Shown: positions 1 to 11,787 of the stretch, piece by piece
Layout of the letters: each line of letters begins with the position of its first letter
How positions within the stretch are numbered: the first letter of the stretch is position 1
NCBI GenBank assembly: GCA_002633005.1
Contig: NMRA01000381.1
Span: 370,407 to 434,406, forward strand
Direction: 5' to 3'
Length of the DNA stretch: 64,000 nt
Source: Phoronis australis
Taxonomy: Eukaryota > Animalia > Phoronida
Notes under the pieces: model-generated
The model's database searches: none
The model's input: the letters and a program-made list of their open reading frames with translations, nothing else
Told to the model about the DNA's origin: nothing
Translations under genes and position numbers: made by a program

Positions 1-1127
1 TCCCAAATGGTATCTGGTAGAATTTTAGGGGGGGCATGGCCCCCCCCTCAATCTGCCACTGCGGTTGGATATGAGGGTAAACGGGCAGTTTTAAAAATAA
101 CTTTCAACCTCTAAGTATAAAAAACAGAGGCGCTAGTGACAGATATAAAATATGAAGGCATGTTTACAAAAAATAAAGACATTGTGCAGAGAATTAGTGA
201 ACATTTTCAAGACTTATATAAGCATCAAAAGACAACTAATTTGGTAACGCAAGTAATATTGGCATTCACAACCTAGACCGGTACAGGAAGTGACTCGAGT
301 AATGGCATTCAGTAAGGTATCAAGATTTTGACAGCATCTCACACTTTCGAAAAACTTATTCCAGAGACTCCTTGTTGGTGGTGAACGGAATTAAGTCCAT
401 ATGATGCTGTATCGCCGGAACCTGAAGACACGTAGGAGTTTGTCCCACGTATCTCATAGCTTTTAGAGCACATATATCTCTAAGATCAAAATATTGCAGG
501 AGACCTCGACTTATATGTTATATTATAAGTATAGGTATACCTAAAACCTTCCACCCCAAGGCAGCACTGGACAACCAGTGGAGAGGAATTGAGATAACAA
601 CGTCAGAGCACGACTGCATGGTGGTCATTGAACTCACTTTAATGCACGATCACCTTTCCAATCTTCCGGCCTTTTTGAACACCACATTAAATGCCATACG
701 AACTCCAGGCGTTCAGGAAATGTGTACATTTTTAGTCCTTTTCCCCAGCCACCAGAAACTAGACTACCGGTCGCGTTTCAACTACACATTTTGAAACAGC
801 CCCAAAGGCACTATACCAGGGACTTCGGGACCCCACTTTTTTCAAAAAACTCCTTCAAAGAATGACTATAATAAAATAAAGTTTTTCCGTGGCTGGATCA
901 CAGTAAAACAAATCTTGACCTTAGAGCGAGCGCAGACGGCCCGTAGGCTTTCGAGCTGCCCGGTGCCTCGTATTTTTACACTGTTAAAGTGGCTTGGAAC
1001 GTGAAAAATAGTATAAAATAAGAAAGTAAATGTTACTCATCTTGCATGAAACCTGTATCNCCATTCTTACTCTCCGTGATGGTCCACGTTTACTCAACTC
1101 TTGACGGCTTCATCCCTGGGATTGTCC

Positions 1128-1558
1128 CAGGGGCGGCATTGAGCTGGAATTTTTAGTGGGGGCGGGGCAGGGCACAGCATTAGCCAGGGTTTTACCCGTC
1201 AGAAATTTGCCAAACCCCGAACTGCCAAATGAGGAATCTGGGAGAATTTTAAGAGGGTCATGGCCCCTTGGCCACCCCTGAATCCGCCATGGCCCCCTAA
1301 AATTCTACCAGATACCATTTGGCAGTTCGGGTGCAAACATGCGCGCAACCAGGGGGCTCGGGGGTGAATAAACAAGGCGTAGGCCCTGAACAACAAACGC
1401 CGTTTACCTTTTTTTAGCTCAGTGCGGCAAACTGCCAAAAATTCGAGACCCCTGCATCCCTACATTTTAGGCTGGGCGCGCACATCTGCCGAAATTCTGG
1501 TTATTCCTGTGCCCTGCCCCCCCCCTCCCCTTACTCAAAATCCTGGATAACGCCCCTG
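1128..1558. mobile_element. Nested GC-rich inverted-repeat MITE cluster
   Basis: Outer ends CAGGGGCG/CGCCCCTG, an inner inverted pair ggggcagggcacag(c/g)a..a.ccag, and an innermost CATGCGCGCA...GCGCGCACAT. The internal segment recurs at 1-61 and ~29125-29270. Confidence 0.55.
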
Positions 1559-3716
1559 CCCTCAATGATTTTTGCCTTCCTACGGCCTGAACCTATGCCT
1601 CACACGACTCAAGGCCACATCAGTGACGTCAGCCGCGAGCACTGAGTGTGCTCTTTCATCTTTCGAGGAACGAAAACACTTGTCCTCTAAGAGCCCAAGG
1701 TCACTCCTACTCCGATGCCTATGGCTATGTCGTTGGCGTTGTGTCTCAGACTAAACTAGTTTATAGTTGTGTTAATCGCGTAGTGTAAGTACAAGGTTAA
1801 ATTTATAAAATAAGAAATCGAAGAACTGAAAGTAGAAATTCTGTTGGTGAGGTCATGAATGAATTTAAAAACAGCTGTGAATTAACTTAGGACGAACGGT
1901 CGAAGGTAATAAGTGGTACTGGCTAGGCAATGCCAATGACCATCGCCTCTGTTGCCAACAGAGGCGATGGTCACTGCCTAACTATTCTCATGATAGAGTA
2001 GTCTACTCTATGACTATAGGCAATTACATCGCCATGGATGCCGCAGGCATACACCTAACCGTCCAACCGAGGGGCTATGTGTTGTCTAATGGTAATACTG
2101 AGATAAAAAAAAATTACGTTCACTGTGACTGACTGAGTCAGTGTCATTCTCACTTCCAAACTCGGAGCCACTTCGCAGATACTAAACATTGATATAACTT
2201 TAAGGGAATTGTAATATTACCACGAAATTAAGTAATGTTTTTTGTTTATTGTTGCACCAATTCTGATAGTTATAGAGCAGCTGGTTACCTGGATGGCCGA
2301 ATGAGTCTACCTGACCTAGTTACTAGGCAGTCAGCTAGCTGTATGAAGACTATCGTGTATGCAGCTTCAGTTGTAACCTGGTCAGTCCCGGGCCTCTTAC
2401 GCTGACGTCACAACCAATTTAGAGGGTCTGTGCAGGAGGCTTATAGCGGCTTTGCACCAAAGGCTAACCTAGTTACGTGACCCGACCTAGATAATCTGTG
2501 AAGTTAAATCAAAACAAAAAGTTTACCGGTGAACTTGTAGTGATCGAGAGTATATGATCATGCACACTACTCTGTTTGTCTGTAAAATAGTTTAAGAGGT
2601 ATTTAACACTAATAATTTTGATAAATGCTAATCAATGCTAAATGATGACTGTCTGTTGGGAGACCACTCTAACTCAGCCTGAGTAGTTGGCAAACACAAG
2701 CATTTTTGTTATTAATCAGCTATTAAAATTTCATGGAAAATCAATTTAGAACCATAATAGACAAGCATTTACTACACTCTGATGACCGTAATTACATAAA
2801 TAACTTTCTGGGATGAATAACTATTCACAAAATTTTTTATTCGGAGTTGTAGGTGAGTTAGTGAGAAATATGCAAAATCTCGATTATCTACTATCTACTT
2901 TATGAAATATGCACATCATGATGAAGAAAAAAAATCTACCAGGGTAGTATACGTTGGACTTGTCAAATACTAGCAGTCACTCATTAGTGGTGTAGGTTTG
3001 ATTAGTGATCTGTAACTGGCACACTGATTATACTACGGTACTTATTCCTATTTGACTTTTTGAAACTAATCCTGCCCTCACAGACACAGTGATACAATGT
3101 GAATATTATCAGTACTAGTCTAACCCTTATCTTTTGACTGAAACAGTTTGTTGTTGTCTTTACTGTCAGGTGTTGACCCCAGTGTTTGAGACATGCTTCA
3201 TGTAACAGCATTACTTGGATGGTTGACTGAGAGGTGGTTGAAAGATGACGAACCCCTGGAGGGAGTAATCAGGTTCAATTGCTGTGTAAGGACTTTTGTG
3301 TACCATTTCATCTAAAAACATTGTTATCATGATTGTCTGATTCTGGGGTCTCTTCCACATGGAGAAGTGACAGCTGTCTGTTACAATCCTGATCATTGAA
3401 ATACTATATTTCCTGAGCAACCTGGAAAATGCTAAGTGCCCCAAACAATATATCACTGCTGAAAACGCTACAGTATGCATGACCATACCAGTTTTTGTCA
3501 ACCCGGAGAAATTTTGTGGCACATCCGAACCAAACCCCCAGCCTTTGTGAGAGCTCCCAGACTTATCCTGACATGACAATCAAGTTAATAGCCTGACCAC
3601 TCACCTTAATTTGACTGTAACGCAACTATCACAGGGTGATGGTGCTGTTCTTGATTACTTATTTTTTACAATCAGAAATGCATGTTTTGCTGTCATCAAT
3701 GAAATTAATGACTTAA

Positions 3717-4680
3717 ACAGTACACACCATGGATTTTTGCACATTTTGAATTACCGGTGGCCACAGACTAAATGTATGACGTAAAATTTAGCTAAACCCT
3801 TGCTTATTTTGTGTAATTAGCTCGAAATTTTGATTATTCTTTCAATTTTGCCAATTTTCACATTTCCCGCCATGTGACGTCATGGGTTGAACACAAGAGA
3901 TCAGTGACTAGCATTGAACAATGGCGGAGACCAGGGAATTTGAAAGTGACAATGATTATGAGCAAGAATTGAACGAATACTATGAAGAAACGTATGGGAA
4001 TGGTGGCCAGGATGAAGAAATGGGGTTGCACGAAAGCGAGAACAAGTTTAATGTGCTTCCGGCTGCGTACCTTTCTACTTTGAGCCTTATGAACTGGATC
4101 CTCCCACGAGAGAAGCGGCCTCGGGCTCGGCGAGTCAACCCAGTCATCCAACAGACGATCCTGAATTAAGAGCTGATGTTTCTGAATGATAAATTATGTC
4201 CTTTGTTGAACCAGGCCTTCATCGTAATGTCTCCTGTGACTGGAGTCGAAAAATGAGTCCTCAAAGTGGGCAGAACACAGAGTGGCCCCGGACCGAATCG
4301 CTTGGTCCACGATGACGTCCCACACTCTCATTCGGCGCACGAAGCCATGCCACTTCTGCGCAACTTTGGTGTCCTTCGGAACACCGAGACGTTTTCCGCC
4401 TGGCTGCTGTTGCTGCAACCTCCGGAAACACATCTTTTGATCCCTCTATGAACCTTCTCGATGCTAATGTACTTTGCTTTCTCTTCACTCTATACACTTT
4501 GTCTCTGATTCGAACAGTATGGCGAACGACTTGTGTTCAACTCATGACGTTGTACATAACTATTAATTTTTTTTCAATTTTTGCGTGTTTCTTTATGAGC
4601 TGTGCACTAAAGGCACTGAAATCAAGTAAGATATAATAATAAAATTTATTTTGAGGTACTAGAGTCATGTTGTGTACACT
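3717..4680. mobile_element. Internally deleted Kolobok-like DNA transposon
   Basis: TTAA flanks at 3713-3716 and 4681-4684. Imperfect 15-bp TIRs: ACAGTACACACCATG vs AGTGTACACAACATG (rc). Two convergent truncated ORF heads: THAP on the - strand and an acidic head with a PFYFEP motif on the + strand. Confidence 0.7.
4194..4445 (-). pseudogene. THAP zinc-finger (C2CH) remnant, N-terminus of a transposase
   Basis: IKRCVSGGCSNS...VF, then a frameshift to PKDTKVAQKWHGFVRR...LCSAHFEDSFF. This matches the THAP pattern C-x4-C, P, W, CSxHF. Confidence 0.75.
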
Positions 4681-5190
4681 TTAAGAAATTATTTCTTTCA
4701 AGGTGTTACATTTGATAACATTGGGTGTTCCTTTGTTAAAAGATGACCGTGCAGACATGGAGAGAATAATAAAGTTATGACTTTTGGCCATGCTAACCCG
4801 CAGTCCAGTGAGCATGCCAAGAATTGTACGATGACACTTGGCTTACCTCAAAATTCAACTTCTGCCAGGTGGTTTGGTAATTGGCCGAATTATGTTGCAC
4901 TCTTAGCAGAATTTATGAAGAACATATTATTGGAACAATGAGCAAATGGTTTAGGTTGTAAAAGTCACTTTTCTTGTCCAATTTTCAAAATTCAAAAACC
5001 TAATCACAAACTTTAAAAATCGAAAATTTAAAAATATTATTGTCCCCCCAATCTGTTTATGATGGGTCTCATCATCTAAAGAATAACGACATCAGCAGCT
5101 TCAGGCGATGTAATTAAGTACAACAGTGATCTTGTTTGTGAGGTTCTGCGTTGCGTTAAGGTGTCAACGTAGCATTCTTTTCATGAGATC

Positions 5191-5342
5191 TATGGAAGCA
5201 CTTTCAGCTATGTGCATCTCATAATTTGTATGGAAGCACTTTCAGCTATGTGCATCTCATAATTTGTATGGAAGCACTTTCAGCTATGTGCATCTCATAA
5301 TTTGTATGGAAGCACTTTCAGCTATGTGCATCTCATAATTTG
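5191..5342. repeat. Tandem repeat, 38 bp x 4
   Basis: Unit tatggaagcactttcagctatgtgcatctcataatttg, four identical copies. Confidence 0.95.
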
Positions 5343-7189
5343 CATGACTGTGTTAACCCGGGCCATGAAATATGAGAAGGAAGATGAGAATTTGCAAATA
5401 ACTAAAGAGAAGAGTCTGAGTACTTTGTCAAAAAATTACACACCCATTTATGAGAAAGAAATATTATATAAGGCGATCCAAAAGCTCCTTATTTTATACC
5501 TTATTCTGAATTTAGGTTTTTTTACATTTTCCTTAATTTTTCAAATGATGGAGACTGGAGGATATTATATTATCAGCAATATGGATGAAATTGACCTGAC
5601 CATACACTGAGCAGCAAGGGATATAAATCATTGAAGTGTACTTTTCCATGAAACATTGTTTCTGACTTTAAAGACAATACAGGCAACATTCTGGCAAATG
5701 CCAAGCACCCAATGTTTGGTGGCCAAATTTCAGTAGACTAGAAATGCAGAGAAGACCAGTAAAGGTTGTAGCGGCTGATTGTTTTCAGATACAATACACA
5801 ATAACATTCAGAATGTGGGAATGCCTTGAGAAATGACTGGTAAAAACAGATCACTATCTGCCACAAGAAGTTGTCATTTTGCAGTCATCAGTTATGATTT
5901 GCATTTTGTCTGGATGTCATTCAAGGGATTGAAAGCAACCCTGACTTGTTGGATTTGAAAAGGAAAGGGTTTACGACAACAATTCCTGAAGGTGGCTTGA
6001 GTTCTGGCTGTAAAATGTCGACTGCTGCGACTTTTTGGTATTTGCTGCACTTTTGTTTTCCTGAAAGGTTCAGTTACACCTCTATTAAGTGTGCTGTTCC
6101 TGGCGAAATGGCGCCTGAATTGTCTTAGTGTCAGAAACTCTGTTTATGTAGAAAAGTAGACCTCAACAGTTTTCATCAGTTGTTACTCTTAGCCAATATA
6201 TTCTACAATTTGATCCATGTTGATGTCAAAAGAATCTCCAAGACCTGTGTACACAACCTGAAAAATCTGGGAGAATGATGTAAAATGTTCATTTTAATCA
6301 CTTGCCATTTTAAAACTCAATTTTTACCTTGCATAATAAGAGGTGATTCTTGGACTAGGGAACAACTGACACTTCATTATTGCTTGAGATCAAACTCAAT
6401 AAGTTGGCTTGTCATGGTGGGTGTTTTTATGCACCGAGCATGGTGTCTGGCAGTAATGAACCACCCTTTTTAAGCCCAAAAATACCTTCTCATCTCAGCA
6501 AGGAGTAAGTTGAGAAATATGAGACGATGCTATGGTATGTTTTATTGTCTTTTTCAAAATAAAAAATTTAGTTTATTTTGACTAAAGTGGTGCGAGATTT
6601 TTTTCTGTGCCTTTTTTACTCAGCTGAAGTGATGCATTGACGCGATATTCTGTACTGGAGGTCACATTATTGCCTTTCCATGAAAAGAAAGCCTTATTAC
6701 GTTTCTGATTAATGGTTGTCATTTAAAATAGTTTTTATACGGACCAGTTGTTTCTCACTACGTCTTCTCAACAGGCTAAAACTGTTAGATTTTTTGGCCA
6801 AATTTGCCTGTTTTCACTTTTCCCCAGCCTGTTTCTTCAAGATTATAGGACGGGCTCAGACTTTCTTGGAATGGAGCAACAGGGCCCAAAGCTAGGCCGG
6901 GTTGGCATGCCTGCCACTACGTAAAAAACTCGGATGACTGCATGATTGCATTGATAAGGCTTTTGTATGAAAATATGCGAGCTTATGTTTTTTCAGTTAG
7001 TGATGCGCAGTTTCTCAAATATGCGGGCAGAGACCACAAACAAATATCTTTCTTGGCTTTTTTGTCAATGATTCTCAATTGCAATCTTGAAATTAACAGT
7101 AGTTGCACATTAGTCAGGAGCTGTATTTTTATTGTATTCTACTAATTGTTATACTAGTTGAGCATATTATCTCTCTCTTGTATTTATAG

Positions 7190-7861
7190 CACAATACTCA
7201 GGAACTGTCTGTGGCAGAGTGTGCTGTAGCAAACCGAGTGTGTGTAGTGCGAGACTTTTTGTTCAGGCTTGGACTTGTGGGAATCTACAAAGAAGGACCT
7301 ACAAAGGGAATAGGTTATGGTAATGTCAGCAGTATGCTCAAGAAAAAGGAAGGCAATGAAAATAATGCATTTGTTATCACGTCCTCACAAACTGGACACA
7401 TTTCGAAACTCAACCCTGCCAAAGACACTAGTGTGGTGTTTGATTATGATTTCCACAGCAATGTGGTTTCTAGAGGTTTATCAAAACCCAGTTCTGAATC
7501 AATGACACATGCTGCATTTTACGATGCAAAGCCAACAACAGAAGCTGTCTTGCACATCCATTCTCAGAAGTGGTGGAACACATTGTTGGCACTAGGCCCA
7601 ACAGAGATAGCCATAGTAGAGAGACATGTACAGTATGGAACACCAGAACTGGCTGAAGCTGTGATGAAGTTAGTGCAGGATGGGCCACCATGTGGCCTGA
7701 TTGTAACAGCAGGGCATGAAGATGGTGTCTTCTTCTATGGGCCGGCCTTAGATATCACTATCAAATTTCTCGTAGAAACGGGCATGAAAAGGATCCAGGC
7801 AATTAATCATGAGGTTATGCAAGATTTGGAAGATGTGTTAAAATCTCTTCATGCTTCATAA
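7190..7861 (+). CDS. Class II aldolase/adducin N-terminal-fold protein, prokaryote-like subtype; terminal coding exon, 5' exon(s) unresolved
   Basis: Acceptor ctctctcttgtatttatag|7190 is in frame with the ORF. Motifs GIGYGNVS, FVITSSQTG, SSESMTHAAFY, AVLHIHS (HxH metal site), YGTPELAEAV and GHEDGVFFYG. AATAAA at 8116. Confidence 0.8.
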   Translation, partial: HNTQELSVAECAVANRVCVVRDFLFRLGLVGIYKEGPTKGIGYGNVSSMLKKKEGNENNAFVITSSQTGHISKLNPAKDTSVVFDYDFHSNVVSRGLSKPSSESMTHAAFYDAKPTTEAVLHIHSQKWWNTLLALGPTEIAIVERHVQYGTPELAEAVMKLVQDGPPCGLIVTAGHEDGVFFYGPALDITIKFLVETGMKRIQAINHEVMQDLEDVLKSLHAS

Positions 7862-8152
7862 CTGGGAATTGCTTACTACTGGTTAAAAGTGATCACTTAC
7901 AGGAGTGTTAATGAATTGTTTCTGTACATTATTGCTCTACCAAATATTTAATTATATGCCTACCTATTCAATCTGCTAAAGGCCAGTACAAATCATGTGT
8001 TTCTTTTTATCCTTGGAGCTTCACTTGTGTGTTGTGAAGTTTTATTTAACGTGACCTTGACATGATAACCAAAGATTTTTTGTGTCAATGTCATAATGGT
8101 TTATATTGTTCTGTTAATAAATATATGGAATATCGATTGCTGTAAGATCCAA

Positions 8153-8921
8153 GATCCAATTTCAAGTGTTGAAATTCGGAACACGGCGCAATCGTAACAG
8201 AACAATGGCTAAGTATAGGCTCTCCCGCGACATCCCAGGCGACCGGCAGTGGCGCTGGGCACTACAACTGCGTTTCCGTCGTCTGCTCCACTGTGCAATG
8301 AAGAAAATAAATTGCTTCATTTTTTAAAGAAAATGGAATCTGAGTGATGATGAAAAAACAGAAGCTGCTGGTAAGATGTCAATTTTAATCGAAGCCTTAG
8401 TGAATCACTCAGAAACTCATAATTCTCTCTTTGTCACACCTTAACTTGAGACGATTTTCAAAGCAATCGAGTCATTTTTGCCAACCAAGAAAACGGATTT
8501 GGTCTTTTGTTTTAAATACAACAAATTTATTACGAACTGATTCACAAAATATAAAACGTGTAATAAGCATTACAAAAAGAAGTAGGTTTCGCGCGCAAAC
8601 GTTGTGGACCATAACCAAGTAGGTCTCTTAGATCAATCGCGTTGGTGCAGTGGTTAAGCACGCTCTCTGACCGCCAGGTCGTGAGTTCGAGTCTGTGGTA
8701 CAAGCAGTTGTTCTTGTTTGACACTTTCTCCGCGTTTTTTTCTTGGATAATACTTCGGGAATCAAGGAAAATGCTTGATTTTTTGAGGAAAAAACAGAAA
8801 AATTTCCCCCTCCCGACCTCCCCCCGTTCGGTGCTATGCGCATCTACAATCGTGCTGGGAGCAAAATGTTAACAGACAAAATATTGCCCCCCCCCCTTGT
8901 GATATCCTAGATCCGCCACTG
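8153..8921 (-). mobile_element. Non-autonomous DNA element family A, truncated inverted copy
   Basis: Reverse-complement match to 9899-10697. Ends in gatatcctagatccgccactg, the rc of the family terminus. Confidence 0.85.
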
Positions 8922-8922
8922 A

Positions 8923-9714
8923 GTGGTGACAACATTTCTAATGTATGGTGCTGAGGTTTGGGGATTTCAGCAGCACAGCTCCATAGAAAGCATACAAGTT
9001 CTATTTTGTAAATACATATTGAGAGTTGGCTCAAAAACTACCAATGCCGCTGTGCTGGGCGAACTGGGTCGGTATCCTTTGTATGGCAAGTACTTTATAA
9101 GATGCGTAAAATATTGGTTACAACTACAAGAAATGCCAGAATATAAATATCCCAGAAAATGCTATAACAAACTGAATTCATTAGCCAAGATGACAGTGAT
9201 AAGAAAACCCGAGCCACTTGTATTAAACATTTACTACAGGGTTATGGTTTTGGCTTTGTTTGGGTACAACGACATGTTGGCAATATTGGTGCATTTTTTA
9301 AAATATTTACGCAGAGTGTTAAGAACTGCGCCTTCCAGGAATGGGATCGTTAAGTTCGAAATAGTTGTAAACTTGTACTTTTTGCTGTGTTAGATAAGTA
9401 CTTAAATGTTGCTCCATATCTGAAAGTGGTGAGATTCGCAGGTATATAACTAACAGACAATATTTTGTTCTCATACTCATGAAATCGAGTTGGCGCGAGG
9501 AAGAGTAGATAGAGAACTAAGGCTGTGCAAACATTTCAAGAGATTCAATTTGTATGAAATTGAAGACGAATTTCACTTCTTAACAGGATGCTTTCTGTAT
9601 GATCACTTGAGGATCCAATTTATTCCACAACTGTCACAATGCGACACCACATCATTTTTAAGTTACATGAATAACGTTTCAAGTTCCTACTTGCTTAATC
9701 TGTTCAACATCTAA
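8923..9714 (+). mobile_element. Non-LTR retrotransposon ORF2 3' fragment (RTEX-like), frameshifted
   Basis: YGAEVWG...FCKYILRV..KTTNAAVLGELGRYPL...CVKYW, and C-terminal RLCK...IEDEFHFL..C..YD.LR zinc-knuckle-like region. Confidence 0.8.
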
Positions 9715-9748
9715 ATACGGAACGGTCACGCATAGTGCGCCAGTGTCA

Positions 9749-10975
9749 GCTTCAACGGATTTAGACGAAATTAAAGCCTTTGTTTTGAACTTGGAAAGTG
9801 CGCTGAACAAAAAATTGGACGACATTGGCACAGCGTTGGGTCTTCGAATTGACAAACTGGAAACAGCGACAACTGATATCCAAACAAAAGTGAGTAAACA
9901 GTGGCGGATCTAGGATATCACAAGGGGGGCCCAACATCTTGTCCTGCTGTAAGCATTTGCGCCAACCACGATTGTAGATGCGCATAACACCGAATGGGGG
10001 GAGGTCGGGAGGGGGGGTTTGCCCCCCTCCCGCCCAGGAAATGTTTCTGTTTTTTCCTCTAAAAATCAAGCACTTTCCTTGATTTCTGATGTATTATCCA
10101 AGAAAAAAGGAAAAAAAAACAGGAAAAATTGCGACTTTCACTGGCTCGAACTCAGAACCTGAGTGATAGGACGCGCGTGCTTTGCCACTACACCACCACG
10201 ATTTCAGTAAAGCATCTATGCTAAGAGACCTACTTGTTTATGGTTCACAGCGTTTGCGCGCGAAACCTACTTCTTTTTGTTATGCTTATTACACGTTTTA
10301 TATTTTGAGCAATCGGTTCTTAACAAATTTGTTGTATTTAAAATAGTCTTCAAATGCCCAAAAGACAAAATCTGTTTTTCGTGTTGGCAATAATGACAGG
10401 ATTGCTTTGGAAATCGTCTTAAGTTAAAGTTTGACAAAGTTTCGGAGTGATTCACTAAGGCTTCGATTAAAATTCACATCTTACCAGCAGCTTCTGCTTT
10501 TTCATCGTCACTCAGGTTCCATTTTCTTTAAAAAATGAAGTAAATTTTCTCCATTGCACAGTGGAGCAGACGACGGAAACGGAGTCGTAGTGCGCAGCGC
10601 CACTGCCGGTCGCCTGGGATATCGCGGGAGTGCTTATACTTAGCCATAGTTCCGTTACGAATGCGCCGTGTTCCGAATTTGACACTTGAAATTGGATTTG
10701 AGCCCCCCCCCAACACTAAAACTGCACACATTTAAATCTTTTTTCATCCGTATAATTTTAATTACCGGAGCAAATTAATAAACTTAACGTTTCCCTACGC
10801 TCTTGCTGCTTTAATTTTTTTTTGCGCCAGCCAAGGGGGGGGGGGGCCCGGGCCCCCCCCTAAATCCGCCTATGGTAAACATGAGAAAACGTTTGACAGT
10901 AACAGTGAGCGCATAAGAGATGAGGAAGTTGGAAGCAGAAAGTACAACCTTTTGCTTTATGGTGTAAAGCAGTGA
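9749..10975 (+). pseudogene. LINE ORF1-like coiled-coil/RRM-start fragment interrupted by element A
   Basis: Removing 9899-10874 plus one TSD copy restores an open frame: ASTDLDEIKAFVLNLESALNKKLDD...IQTKVSK|HEKTFDSNSERIRDEEVGSRKYNLLLYGVKQ. SRKYNLLLYGV is typical of L1-type ORF1. Confidence 0.65.
9899..10874 (+). mobile_element. Non-autonomous DNA element family A, full length (~976 bp), 5-bp TSD
   Basis: TIRs CAGTGGCGGATCTAGG / CCTAAATCCGCCTATG. TSD GTAAA at 9894-9898 and 10875-10879. Confidence 0.9.
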
Positions 10976-11787
10976 ACACTAAGGGCGAAAATGTAACGGG
11001 TAAGGTGAGAGATGTAATTGACACTATGCAAATATAAACTGAGTACGGTTCGACCATAGACTAACGAGTATCTATGGTTCGACGGTACTCATTGCAAACG
11101 CCCACCGTGTTAAGCGTCGAATAAAACGTGGCTGAGACTCCCCCTACCCTCAGTTATCATAAAATTTGCGTGTATGGAGGACAGGAATGAAATCCTGCAA
11201 GGTTTAGAACTGATTTGTCAACAGAGTTGAAGAAAAAACGGGGAAAACTTGCTAGGAAGGCTTTTGACATTCGCCATAAGAAAAACTGGGCAACAAGAAT
11301 TCGTGAGTCGAATACAGATGTCTGGCTTGAGGTGAGAAAAACAAAGAGCTCATTAGATTCTTAGTATTTAGTTACAAACCTGACATGTCATTGAAATGTA
11401 GTGTACGTATACCCCTGAGTAGTGTACGTAGCCCTCTGTGAACAAATACTATGAAACAAAAACATTACACAAGTAGGGCCAAAGCAACATTTGCCACAGA
11501 CAGTTTCCTCTATTAAAAATGCCATGCTAAAAGGGTGTTGATTACAATTACATTTGTTTTGAGGGAAATATTTGCATTTGTGTAGTGTACGTACCCCTAT
11601 GTTTCAAATGTGCCTGTTTTAAAAAAATGAGACAGATATCATGACGGACCTATTCCTGCTGAAAATTCACGCCAAAACCCTATTAGATTTGTTTACTGAA
11701 GCGTAAGTTTCAATTACCCCATTCCCTGCCAACACAATAGAGAGCCATAACATTCTCCAACTGAATAGAACTGACCTGGATCTTAAT

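Noticed and set aside
380-480. GIY-YIG-like YVGQT on the minus strand
   Set aside because: Only five residues match and the flanking frames are broken.
3002-3579. Two adjacent minus-strand ORFs (69 and 122 aa)
   Set aside because: No recognisable motif or consistent splice structure.
5302-5610. 102-aa ORF with hydrophobic segments
   Set aside because: It starts at TTG inside a tandem repeat in AT-rich sequence and has no family motif.
8640-8715. Functional tRNA gene
   Set aside because: A and B boxes are present, but there is no convincing acceptor or anticodon stem, and the sequence is part of a repeated TE.
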